The notes under the pieces are model-generated. The model was given only the letters and a program-made list of their open reading frames with translations. It was not told the DNA's origin and ran no database searches. From IMG/VR virus record IMGVR_UViG_2534682159_000013: DNA of 24,608 bases. One strand, written 5' to 3'. The position numbers and the translations under genes were made by a program. Source of the stretch: a virus. Its lineage: Duplodnaviria > Heunggongvirae > Uroviricota > Caudoviricetes. Of this stretch, positions 17,032 to 24,437 are shown piece after piece (position 1 is the stretch's first letter; the number at the start of each line of letters is the position of its first letter).

Positions 17032-17309
17032 TTATCTGCATTATGCGTTGTTGGTTCTGATGAGTGAATCATTGTCTTTTGAGCAACAGGCTATCATATA
17101 AGATAGCCTCAGACTTCCTTGTTTATTCTCGCCGGATGCTTCGTAGATATTTGCAGGCATCTGTATGCAGGGGTATTATTGCGGCATATATCATCCGGAA
17201 AAATAAAAACTACATGCTGATCCGGAGATGATAGTTACAAGTCCTCCCGGATCCCGCATATTTACTATATTTTATAGATAATTGTTCTTGTTAATATGGA
17301 GATGGATAA

Positions 17310-17738
17310 ATGTATTGCCGTGCTGTACCTGTTCTTGTTTTGATATTAGCCAGTCTGACAACTGGCTGCACAAAAGATGTATCGACAAATAATCATGATG
17401 CTTCTCTGTATCACTCAGATAAATTAATAAAGTCGCAAAAATTGAGCTCATCGGAACGTACCCCTGATGCCAGTGAAGAAATCCGGCAGTATGCCATTCA
17501 GGTCAGGAAAGCCATAGAAGAACAGTTAAAGGATGCGAGTAAGTATTCAGGAAAAGAGTGTTCACTGAGAATGTATATGGCCCCGAATGGTCTTCTGCTA
17601 CAGGTTAAAAGAGAAAGCGGTGATCCCGATTTATGTCGTGAAGCGATGAATGCAGTAAAGAATGCTGATATACCATCACCACCGTCTTCAGGAGTATATA
17701 AAGCATTTAGAAATGGCGTGTTGGATTTTAAACTCTGA
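17310..17738 (+). CDS. Lipoprotein with TolA C-terminal (TolAIII)-like domain
   Basis: 142-aa ORF with GGAGATGG Shine-Dalgarno. Signal peptide ending 'LASLTTGC' (lipobox-like). C-terminal 'YSGKECSLRMYMAPNGLLLQVKRESGDPDLCREAMNAVKNADIPSPPSSGVYKAFRNGVLDFKL' aligns along its length with my recollection of E. coli TolA domain III ('YAGKTCTLRIKLAPDGMLLDIKPEGGDPALCQAALAAAKLAKIPKPPSQAVYEVFKNAPLDFKP'). Confidence 0.8.
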   Translation: MYCRAVPVLVLILASLTTGCTKDVSTNNHDASLYHSDKLIKSQKLSSSERTPDASEEIRQYAIQVRKAIEEQLKDASKYSGKECSLRMYMAPNGLLLQVKRESGDPDLCREAMNAVKNADIPSPPSSGVYKAFRNGVLDFKL

Positions 17739-17874
17739 CAGGGGGAGAAGATTTTCTCCTGTCCTGATGATTTTGGGGCGCTGGAAAGATATTGTGCTGT
17801 GAAGTGTTAAATCCCTCACAATTCAGTAAGTTGACAGTTGCCTGTCAGACTGAGCATTTGTTAAAAAAATTTCG

Positions 17875-18052
17875 CATGGTGAATCCCCCTGTGCGGAGGG
17901 GCGACTGGTGAACGGTATGATCTCTTTGATGATCGTAAGCGAGAATACGCGGGTTTGGTGTCACCGGGCTGAACTCACCGGGAGGCACCCGGCACCATGC
18001 TCATGGTGATACAGAAATGCGGCTTCAGCCCCTCTCCGGAGGGGCTTTCTTA
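17875..18052 (+). ncRNA. Solitary copy (A) of the repeat-encoded structured RNA
   Basis: Conserved 5' module 'catggtgaatccccctgtgcggagggg', variable middle, conserved 3' module 'caccgggaggcacccggcaccatg', then terminator 'gcccctctccggaggggc' + T-rich tail. In the ATG frame there is a stop after 11 codons. Confidence 0.45.
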
Positions 18053-18204
18053 TGGACAAAAAAAGCCCGCGCTGGGAGACGCGGGCGGCAAGGAATAAAC
18101 AATAAAACGTGAAGTAATACTTCAACTGGCGAATAATACCCGACAGTAATCACTCTGCGCAATAGCGTGGCCTTTTTCGAATTGCGGGCTGTAGTCTCCC
18201 TTCT

Positions 18205-18370
18205 GCCGGGTGTCCTGGTTGCAGATTTCTTCATGGGGTAGGGTTCGGCAGTTAAAGCAGCGATGGCGCTGGGGCGTCGTGCAACTGGCGTTGAGCTGGA
18301 TACCGGGCGTTTTGAACAGATTGCGCAGGAAATCAGGGATGTATTTAGCGGGAGCGGTTTGCAGAAGTAA
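18205..18370 (+). pseudogene. 3' remnant of a second copy of the DNA methyltransferase gene
   Basis: Nucleotide homology to 16672-16830; the first ~100 nt are near-identical by eye. Encodes '..LVADFFMG*GSAVKAAMALGRRATGVELD..' with an in-frame TAG where the intact gene has a Ser codon; no 5' part of the gene is present. Confidence 0.7.
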
Positions 18371-18433
18371 TCTCCCAAAATGCCATTTTTGGAATATACT
18401 GGTATTAAGTCTTTTTGCTCAGGTTAATTCAAA

Positions 18434-19159
18434 ATGGATGTTGCCTGCTCTGTGGTCCTGATTCGCTATCCGATAGATATTTTTCTTGAAAAAGAAAAAG
18501 TTTCACTCGATGCCGGAAGTGTTATGCTTGTTGCCAGAAATATAAGAGGGCTTTTCTGTGCTTATGCCGACAGAGTGAAAATGGCAGATATAAGTAACAG
18601 CGTCGTCAATCAGTATCTGGAAAGGGAGTGTGAACTGACGGAGTATACACCGACAAAAATGCCTCTTTATTTGATGTCTGATATTTACAATACGGAACTG
18701 GCGGAGGCTTTAATAACCCAGCATAGTGAATCCAGTGATACTTTGAAGGATTTCTCTGTTATAACCGCATTTTCATGTATCTCCTTATTTGCAACAGACA
18801 GACGTCTGCCATTATTTTTGTCCGGTGCTGTAAATAATATCAGCTGTAAAGTAAGGGCTATAATTCAGACCGACATATCGGCAGGCTGGATGCTTGGTGT
18901 GATTGCATTACAATTGCATATGAGCGAAAGCTTGTTGAAGCGAAAACTTAAGGATGAAGGTTATAGCTTTAGTCGGTTGTTGCTGGAGGAGCGAATGCGT
19001 GTTGCTGTTAATCTTGTATGTTTCCAGCGAGAGTGTGGACAAGCGATAGCGGAAAAATGTGGTTACTCAAGTAAGTCCTACTTCATTTCTGTATTTCACC
19101 AGTATTATGGTGCACCACCTGAGAGCTATGCATATTTGCAGAAAGCAGACGTTATCTGA
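18434..19159 (+). CDS. AraC/XylS-family transcriptional regulator (prophage-encoded)
   Basis: 241-aa ORF. C-terminal double HTH ('WMLGVIALQLHMSESLLKRKLKDEGYSFSRLLLEERMRVAVNLV..AIAEKCGYSSKSYFISVFHQYYGAPP'). AT-rich. Confidence 0.8.
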   Translation: MDVACSVVLIRYPIDIFLEKEKVSLDAGSVMLVARNIRGLFCAYADRVKMADISNSVVNQYLERECELTEYTPTKMPLYLMSDIYNTELAEALITQHSESSDTLKDFSVITAFSCISLFATDRRLPLFLSGAVNNISCKVRAIIQTDISAGWMLGVIALQLHMSESLLKRKLKDEGYSFSRLLLEERMRVAVNLVCFQRECGQAIAEKCGYSSKSYFISVFHQYYGAPPESYAYLQKADVI

Positions 19160-19248
19160 TGTTTTTTCATCAGGCATATATTGATTGACTGTATTAGATA
19201 TAGTCTGAATGTGTTCAGCATAAAAAGTTATAATCATTTGGTGTTTGC

Positions 19249-19527
19249 GTGAATATTGATGAGAAAATCAGATGTAGCCAACTGTTACAGCGTATTGAAG
19301 CCGTCAATGTGGAACGAACAAAGGTCTTCAGTCGTCTGACAGTTTTATTTTGTACCCCTGATCGACGTTCAGGTCAGGAGATGGTTCTTCTGGATGTAGA
19401 TGCACTTCGGAACGTCTGTGAGGAGTTCACCGCGGCTAATTCGGAGTTACTGAGTCTTGTTCAGGAGTACAACAGAATTGCAGGTAGTAACGGTTTTGAT
19501 GAAATCAAAATTATATCCCGTGGATAA
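19249..19527 (+). CDS. Hypothetical small protein (weak call)
   Basis: 92-aa ORF from a GTG start; TATAAT at 19227-19232 immediately upstream; no Shine-Dalgarno. Confidence 0.3.
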   Translation: MNIDEKIRCSQLLQRIEAVNVERTKVFSRLTVLFCTPDRRSGQEMVLLDVDALRNVCEEFTAANSELLSLVQEYNRIAGSNGFDEIKIISRG

Positions 19528-19846
19528 AACATATCCTGTATATTTATGTTGTTACATACAGGCGCTTTTAGTATCTGCCGCACGGCAGTTGTACTTCAGA
19601 ATAAGATGCTTTTGTGACTGGTGGTGTTGTATCTGGGGTTAGCCAGTAGGCAGGTTCAGAGAGTCCGGTGGTAATTATGTGTATGCAGTGGTTGTTGCTG
19701 TACCGTGGGCAAGTTCTGGAACTGGCTTCGTCCATTGTAGATGATTGTTAGCTGGATATCAGTTACCTCATGGAAATGTTAAATGACTCACAATTCGGTT
19801 GATGGGCTATTGTCTGATCGATGGAAGTCTTGTAAAAACGAGCCAG

Positions 19847-20010
19847 CATAGTGAATCCCCCTGTGCGGAGGGGCGTCTGACATGGTCTCCATAGCGATGG
19901 TCACAATACGCAGATTCAGTAGTCAGGCTGAATCTACCGGGAGGCACCCGGCACTATGCTGCTTATGGTGTATACATAGCGATCGGCCCCTCTCCGGAGG
20001 GGCTTTTTTT
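19847..20010 (+). ncRNA. Repeat-encoded structured RNA, copy B
   Basis: 5' 'catAgtg' pairs with 3' 'cacTatg' (compensatory change relative to the other copies); no ATG at the 5' module. Confidence 0.45.
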
Positions 20011-20105
20011 GTGCGGGAAAAGGCTGTGTTGTTAAGTGTTAAATTCCTCACAGTTCAGATGGTTGATGCTTGCCTGTCTGAGGGGGAGTTGTTAAAAAAG
20101 TTCTG

Positions 20106-20279
20106 CATGGTGAATCCCCCTGTGCGGAGGGGCGACTGGTGTGATTTGCATCTTTTCTGTTGTAGGCAATGCAAACGCGGGTTCAGGGACACCAGACTGG
20201 ACTCACCGGGAGGCACCCGGCACCATGTTCATGATGATACAGATACGCAGTGTCAGCCCCTCTCCTGAGGGGCTTTTTT
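20106..20279 (+). ncRNA. Repeat-encoded structured RNA, copy C
   Basis: 5' catggtg pairs with 3' caccatg. Variable region carries nested stems 'ctggtgt..acaccag' and 'tttgcat..atgcaaa'. Confidence 0.45.
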
Positions 20280-20375
20280 ATGCAGGAAAAACGCTGTGTT
20301 GTGAAATGTTAAATTCCTCACAGTTCAGATGGTTGATGCTTGCCTGTCTTACGGGGAGTTGTTAAAAAAGTTCTG

Positions 20376-20539
20376 CATGGTGAATCCCCCTGAGCGGAGG
20401 GGCATATCAGCGCAGGTGTTTCTACTCTATCCTTTCTGTGCGGGTTCAGGTGCTGATACTGAACTCACCGGGAGGCACCCGGCATCATGCATATGGTTAA
20501 CAGACACGTAGCGAAGCCCCTCTCCGGAGGGGCTTTTTT
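20376..20539 (+). ncRNA. Repeat-encoded structured RNA, copy D
   Basis: 5' catggtg pairs with 3' catcatg (one G-U). Variable stem 'tatcagc..gctgata'. Loop of the 5' hairpin is changed (gagcgg) while the stem is kept. Confidence 0.45.
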
Positions 20540-20636
20540 ATGCAGGGAAAAGGCTGTGTTGTGAAATGTTAAATTCCTCACAATTCATGAGGTTGATGAT
20601 TGTCTGATTGATGAGGAGTTTGTTAAAAAAAACGGG

Positions 20637-20790
20637 CATGGTGAATCCCCCTGTGCGGAGGGGTGATATCGTATCATTTCCTGTGTGGCCGACTGATATC
20701 ACGGACATTTGTTCACCGGGAGGCACCCGGCACCATGCAGTATACAGAGATTAGGCATACATCCAGGCTCCTCATCGCAGGAGCCTTTTT
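20637..20790 (+). ncRNA. Repeat-encoded structured RNA, copy E
   Basis: 5' catggtg pairs with 3' caccatg. Variable stem 'gtgatatc..gatatcac'. Terminator sequence differs ('ggctcct catcgc aggagcc ttttt') but sits at the same position. Confidence 0.45.
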
Positions 20791-21023
20791 ACATGTAAAA
20801 AAAAACCGCTCCTGGGAAGAGCGGTTGGCAAGGAAGCAAGGAATAAATAACAAAACGTGAAGTAATTTATTCAGCACCCTAATAATACCTTAGAGTAATC
20901 ACCTTGCGCAACTGTAAGGGCGTATTTCTTTTTTGCGGGCTGTTTTTCTGTGTGACTTTTGTGTTTCCGGAGGTCAGCCCGTGCCTTCTCTGACTCAGAA
21001 CATTATCCCGGCCGGGAGGATTC

Positions 21024-22958
21024 ATGGCATTTAAACACTACGATGTGGTCAGGGCGGCATCGCCGTCAGACCTTGCTGAACGACTGACACAAAAACTGAA
21101 GGAGGGCTGGCAGCCATTTGGCAGTCCGGTGGCCATCACGCCTTATACCCTGATGCAGGCCATTGCGGCGGAAGGTGATGTCACCACACCAGTGGCGGTG
21201 ACCGGTAATGAGGGTAAGGCGGTGGCTGTCAGTGCCACCAGCGACCCGGAGTATTACTTTGTTGTGGTTCTGGCAGGGCAGTCAAATGGCATGTCGTATG
21301 GTGAAGGTCTTCCGCTGCCGGAGACATATGACCGCCCGGACCCGCGTATTAAGCAGCTGGCGCGCCGCAGTACGGTGACACCGGGCGGTGCAGCATGCAA
21401 ATATAACGACATCATTCCGGCGGACCATTGTCTGCATGATGTGCAGGACATGAGCCGCCTTAACCATCCGAAAGCGGACCTGTCAAAGGGGCAGTACGGA
21501 ACCGTGGGGCAGGGACTGCATATCGCCAAAAAACTGCTGCCGTTTATACCGGCGAATGCGGGCATTCTGCTGGTTCCGTGCTGTCGTGGTGGTTCAGCGT
21601 TCACCACCGGAGCTGATGGCACATACAGTGACGCGAGTGGTGCCTCGGAGAATTCAACCCGCTGGGGTATGGACAAGCCGCTGTATAAGGACCTTATCGG
21701 TCGAACAAAAGCAGCACTGAAGAAGAGCCCGAAAAATGTGCTGTTGCCGTGGTGTGGATGCAGGGGAATTGATTTTGGCGGTACGCCGGTAAATCACGCA
21801 GCACAGTTTGGTGCGCTGGTTGATAAATTCCGTGCAGACCTGGCGGATATGGCAGGTCAGTGCGTCGGTGGCTCTGCTGGCGGTGTTCCCTGGATATGTG
21901 GAGATACGACGTATTTCTGGAAGCAGAAGAACGAATCCACGTACCAGACGGTGTACGGCAGCTATAAAAACAAAACGGAAAAGAATATCCATTTCGTACC
22001 GTTCATGACGGATGAGAACGGGGTGAATGTGCCGACGAACAAACCGGAAGAAGACCCGGACATTCCGGGTATCGGGTATTACGGTTCGAAATGGCGTGAC
22101 AGCTCAGCCACCTGGACGTCACAGGACAGGGCGAGCCATTTCAGCACCTGGGCACGCCGGGGGATTATTTCCGACCGTCTGGCAACGGCGATTCTGATTC
22201 ATGCAGGACGAACCACAGTAAAAGTCGATGCTCCATCTTCTGAAACTGGCGCACCGACGCCATCACCGTCAGAAAATGAAGCGGTAAGCACAACAACACT
22301 GCTGTCTTACCGTGCCAGTGAGTCTGAAGGGAGGCTGACCGAACAGGGCTGGAGTGCTGGAGGAGGTAAAGCGGAAATTGTTGCCGATGAAGGTGCAACA
22401 GGTGGTACCGCGATGAAGCTGAGTAAGGAGACAGGAGTGGGGGCATGGTATCTGGAGCATGATGCCGGTACTGGCGCTGAACTACTGAAAAATGGCGGTT
22501 TAATCAGCTGCCGCTTTAAGGCATCCGGTGAACTGGTAGCAAATCAGTATGTCATTGCACTTTACTGGCCGGTTTCCTCTCTGCCGCAGGGTGTCACCCT
22601 GACAGGGGATGCAGGGAATAATCTGCTGGCAGCGTTCTACATCCAGACAGATGCAAAAGACCTGAATGTGATGTACCACAATGCGAAAGTGGCGACAAAC
22701 AACCTGAAGCTGGGAAGCTTTGGCGCATTTGATAACGAATGGCATACGCTGGCCTTCCGCTTTGCCGGGAATAACAGCCTTCAGGTGACGCCGGTTCTTG
22801 ATGGTCAGGATGGCACACCGTTCACGCTGACGCAGTCACCGGTCAGTGCCTTTGCGGCGGATAAACTGCATGTGACAGACATTACCAAAGGTGCGACTTA
22901 CCCGGTACTGATAGACAGCATTACGGTGGAAGTGAATAACGCGGATGCCGCGGCATGA
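21024..22958 (+). CDS. nanS: NanS-p-like sialate O-acetylesterase (SASA/SGNH domain plus C-terminal beta-rich domain)
   Basis: 644-aa ORF. 'FVVVLAGQSNGMSYGEG' (GQSN esterase motif). Size and position (late region, upstream of holin S) match the NanS-p/YjhS-like gene of Stx phages. Confidence 0.8.
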   Translation: MAFKHYDVVRAASPSDLAERLTQKLKEGWQPFGSPVAITPYTLMQAIAAEGDVTTPVAVTGNEGKAVAVSATSDPEYYFVVVLAGQSNGMSYGEGLPLPETYDRPDPRIKQLARRSTVTPGGAACKYNDIIPADHCLHDVQDMSRLNHPKADLSKGQYGTVGQGLHIAKKLLPFIPANAGILLVPCCRGGSAFTTGADGTYSDASGASENSTRWGMDKPLYKDLIGRTKAALKKSPKNVLLPWCGCRGIDFGGTPVNHAAQFGALVDKFRADLADMAGQCVGGSAGGVPWICGDTTYFWKQKNESTYQTVYGSYKNKTEKNIHFVPFMTDENGVNVPTNKPEEDPDIPGIGYYGSKWRDSSATWTSQDRASHFSTWARRGIISDRLATAILIHAGRTTVKVDAPSSETGAPTPSPSENEAVSTTTLLSYRASESEGRLTEQGWSAGGGKAEIVADEGATGGTAMKLSKETGVGAWYLEHDAGTGAELLKNGGLISCRFKASGELVANQYVIALYWPVSSLPQGVTLTGDAGNNLLAAFYIQTDAKDLNVMYHNAKVATNNLKLGSFGAFDNEWHTLAFRFAGNNSLQVTPVLDGQDGTPFTLTQSPVSAFAADKLHVTDITKGATYPVLIDSITVEVNNADAAA

Positions 22959-23023
22959 TAAAAAAAAGCCGCCAGCAATGAAGGAAAGGGATGAACTGTG
23001 TTCACTACATGAATGCTGGCGGC
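22959..23023. other. Long hairpin flanked by an A-run (terminator-like in minus orientation)
   Basis: 'aaaaaaaa gccgccagca ..33 nt.. tgctggcggc': 10-bp perfect stem. The U-run lies on the minus-strand side only. Confidence 0.4.
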
Positions 23024-23108
23024 TGGTAAAACGACCATTATGACACCGAAGTTTGCGACATTTTCTACAAAAATAAGTAAATCATGTCAACTATCACGGT
23101 GAGAAACC

Positions 23109-23288
23109 ATGACATTTCTGAACCAGTTAATGCTGTACTTCTGTACGGTGGTCTGTGTGCTGTATCTCCTTTCGGGCGGATACCGGGCCATGCGTGACTT
23201 CTGGCGCAGACAGATTGACAAAAGGGCCGCTGAGAAAATCAGCGCCAGTCAGTCAGCCGGAAGCAAACCCGAAGAGCCGCTCATTTAG
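23109..23288 (+). CDS. Small membrane protein (59 aa), hypothetical
   Basis: 'MTFLNQLMLYFCTVVCVLYLLSGGYRAMRDFWRRQIDKRAAEKISASQSAGSKPEEPLI': one transmembrane helix then a basic tail. Not in the supplied track, which shows an overlapping out-of-frame ORF instead. Confidence 0.4.
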   Translation: MTFLNQLMLYFCTVVCVLYLLSGGYRAMRDFWRRQIDKRAAEKISASQSAGSKPEEPLI

Positions 23289-23328
23289 CGGCAACTTTCT
23301 TAATCACATCTTTCGACGAGAAAATCCC

Positions 23329-23601
23329 ATGTCAGAAATTACATCCCTGGTCACTGCTGAAGCAGTGAAGGAAGTCCTGCGCTCTGAAGAAGTCCTGAGC
23401 GCACTGAAACAGAAACTCCGCCATAAGCTGGAAGCGCGTCTTGATGCAGAAGTGGATGCCATTCTGGATGAGCTGCTTGGTGTACAGGCAGAGCCAGCGA
23501 CTGAAGCGGGAGATACCACCGCAGAGAGCGGTGAAGTTCAGCCTGAATCACCGGTCGCCGATGCGACTGAACCGCAACCCGAATCGGTCATGATGCTGTA
23601 A
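23329..23601 (+). CDS. Hypothetical acidic protein (90 aa)
   Basis: ATG at 23329 with GAGAAAA upstream; helical N-terminus and an acidic, Glu/Pro/Ala-rich C-terminus. The track ORF 23155-23601 is the same frame extended upstream. Confidence 0.5.
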   Translation: MSEITSLVTAEAVKEVLRSEEVLSALKQKLRHKLEARLDAEVDAILDELLGVQAEPATEAGDTTAESGEVQPESPVADATEPQPESVMML

Positions 23602-23612
23602 CGGGGGGGCAG

Positions 23613-23642
23613 GGCCATCAGTAAACTGCTGCTGGCCTTTTT
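23613..23642 (+). terminator. Intrinsic terminator immediately upstream of the holin gene
   Basis: 'ggccatcag taaa ctgctgctggcc ttttt' (8-bp stem with one mismatch, then T5). Confidence 0.55.
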
Positions 23643-23677
23643 CATGTTGTGAGCTTCCGGATTGCGGGAGACGGGGT

Positions 23678-23893
23678 ATGTACCAGATGGAAAAAATCAC
23701 AACAGGTGTGTCATACACCACGTCAGCGGTGGGAACGGGCTACTGGTTCCTGCAGTTGCTGGACAGGGTTTCCCCGTCTCAGTGGGCGGCAATAGGCGTG
23801 CTGGGGAGTCTGCTGTTTGGGCTGCTGACATATCTGACGAACCTGTATTTCAAAATTAAAGAAGACCGGCGTAAGGCGGCGCGGGGAGAGTAG
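23678..23893 (+). CDS. S: Holin S (lambdoid, dual-start Met1/Met4)
   Basis: 71 aa '[71 protein letters not shown]': two transmembrane helices, charged C-terminus, and a near match to my recollection of the Stx-phage holin. Confidence 0.9.
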   Translation: MYQMEKITTGVSYTTSAVGTGYWFLQLLDRVSPSQWAAIGVLGSLLFGLLTYLTNLYFKIKEDRRKAARGE

Positions 23894-23896
23894 ACG

Positions 23897-24418
23897 ATGA
23901 ATAAACAATACGAACTGGTTGTTAAAGGGATAAATATTTACCCGGATAAGATTACTGTTACTGTGGCGCTGGAAACTGGTGGGTATACGTCACTGTTGTT
24001 GCCAAATGTGGTGATTGATCTTGATCGTGTTGAAGGTGCCCCGCTGGAGTTTTACGAAGCTGAGGCGAAAAAGAAGGCGAAGCAGTTTTTCATGGATATT
24101 GCTGCCGGGTTATGTGAAGGGAACGAACCGTTGCCGGAAAAGCGCCTCTGTTCAGAAGAGCGGTATACCATACAAATTAACAATGCATATAACACGATAC
24201 AGTCAGAAAAAGATGATATCGAATCACGCATTGAAAAACTGGAGAACAGCGTCGTTGAACTGAATAAAAAACTGTCGGTGCAGATCCCTTCCGAAGGTGA
24301 AAAAAAACGCCGTGATGAGCAGTTCGCGGCGTTTTACGATTATTGCCGGAAAGTGATGAGCAGAAATCTCGCAGAGTGTTTCCGTATTCAAAAAAAACAG
24401 AGAGCGCTCTGCAAATAG
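23897..24418 (+). CDS. Hypothetical 173-aa protein in the position normally held by the endolysin
   Basis: ATG 4 nt after the holin stop with GGAGAG upstream. AT-rich. N-terminal beta-like segment and C-terminal K/E-rich helix; no lysozyme, transglycosylase or amidase motif recognised. Confidence 0.6.
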   Translation: MNKQYELVVKGINIYPDKITVTVALETGGYTSLLLPNVVIDLDRVEGAPLEFYEAEAKKKAKQFFMDIAAGLCEGNEPLPEKRLCSEERYTIQINNAYNTIQSEKDDIESRIEKLENSVVELNKKLSVQIPSEGEKKRRDEQFAAFYDYCRKVMSRNLAECFRIQKKQRALCK

Positions 24419-24437
24419 TGAGATTCTGGATAATTTT

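Larger units (their letters stand above)
19760..20830 (+). repeat. Tandem array of four ~260-bp units, each with a promoter-like block, a structured RNA core and an intrinsic terminator
   Basis: Conserved 5' module begins at 19847, 20106, 20376 and 20637 (period 259-270 bp). Conserved upstream block 'tgttaaat..ctcacaRttc..ttgaYg..ttgttaaaaaa'. Terminators at 19986-20010, 20256-20279, 20516-20539 and 20766-20790. Confidence 0.85.

Noticed and set aside
17032-17309. A third tRNA, expected from some Stx phages that carry three; and a hammerhead-like 'ctgatgag' at about 17056
   Set aside because: No cloverleaf could be folded in this interval. The 'ctgatgag' lacks the GAAA element and flanking helices of a hammerhead core.
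18025-18461. Track ORFs 18025-18378 (minus) and 18210-18461 (plus)
   Set aside because: They overlap the methyltransferase remnant and terminator hairpin in the wrong frame or strand. The true coding remnant is in the frame homologous to 16672-16830 and is interrupted by a stop.
19760-20830. CRISPR array
   Set aside because: The repeat period is ~260 bp, not 28-37 bp repeats with uniform spacers. Each unit has its own terminator and promoter-like block, and no cas genes are nearby.
19882-20860. Track ORFs 19882-20268, 20141-20365, 20329-20511, 20663-20860 (plus) and 20538-20726 (minus) as protein-coding genes
   Set aside because: They run across intrinsic terminators and the repeated RNA modules; the conserved modules are read in different frames in different copies; none has a Shine-Dalgarno.
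17032-21023. Shiga toxin A and B subunit genes downstream of the tRNAs
   Set aside because: No ORF with the size and arrangement of stxA/stxB, and no signal-peptide-bearing ~90-aa B subunit ORF. The slot is occupied by the lipoprotein, AraC regulator and RNA array.
21254-22818. Internal and antisense track ORFs within the NanS-p-like gene
   Set aside because: Shadow ORFs of a GC-rich 644-aa CDS with a clear esterase motif.
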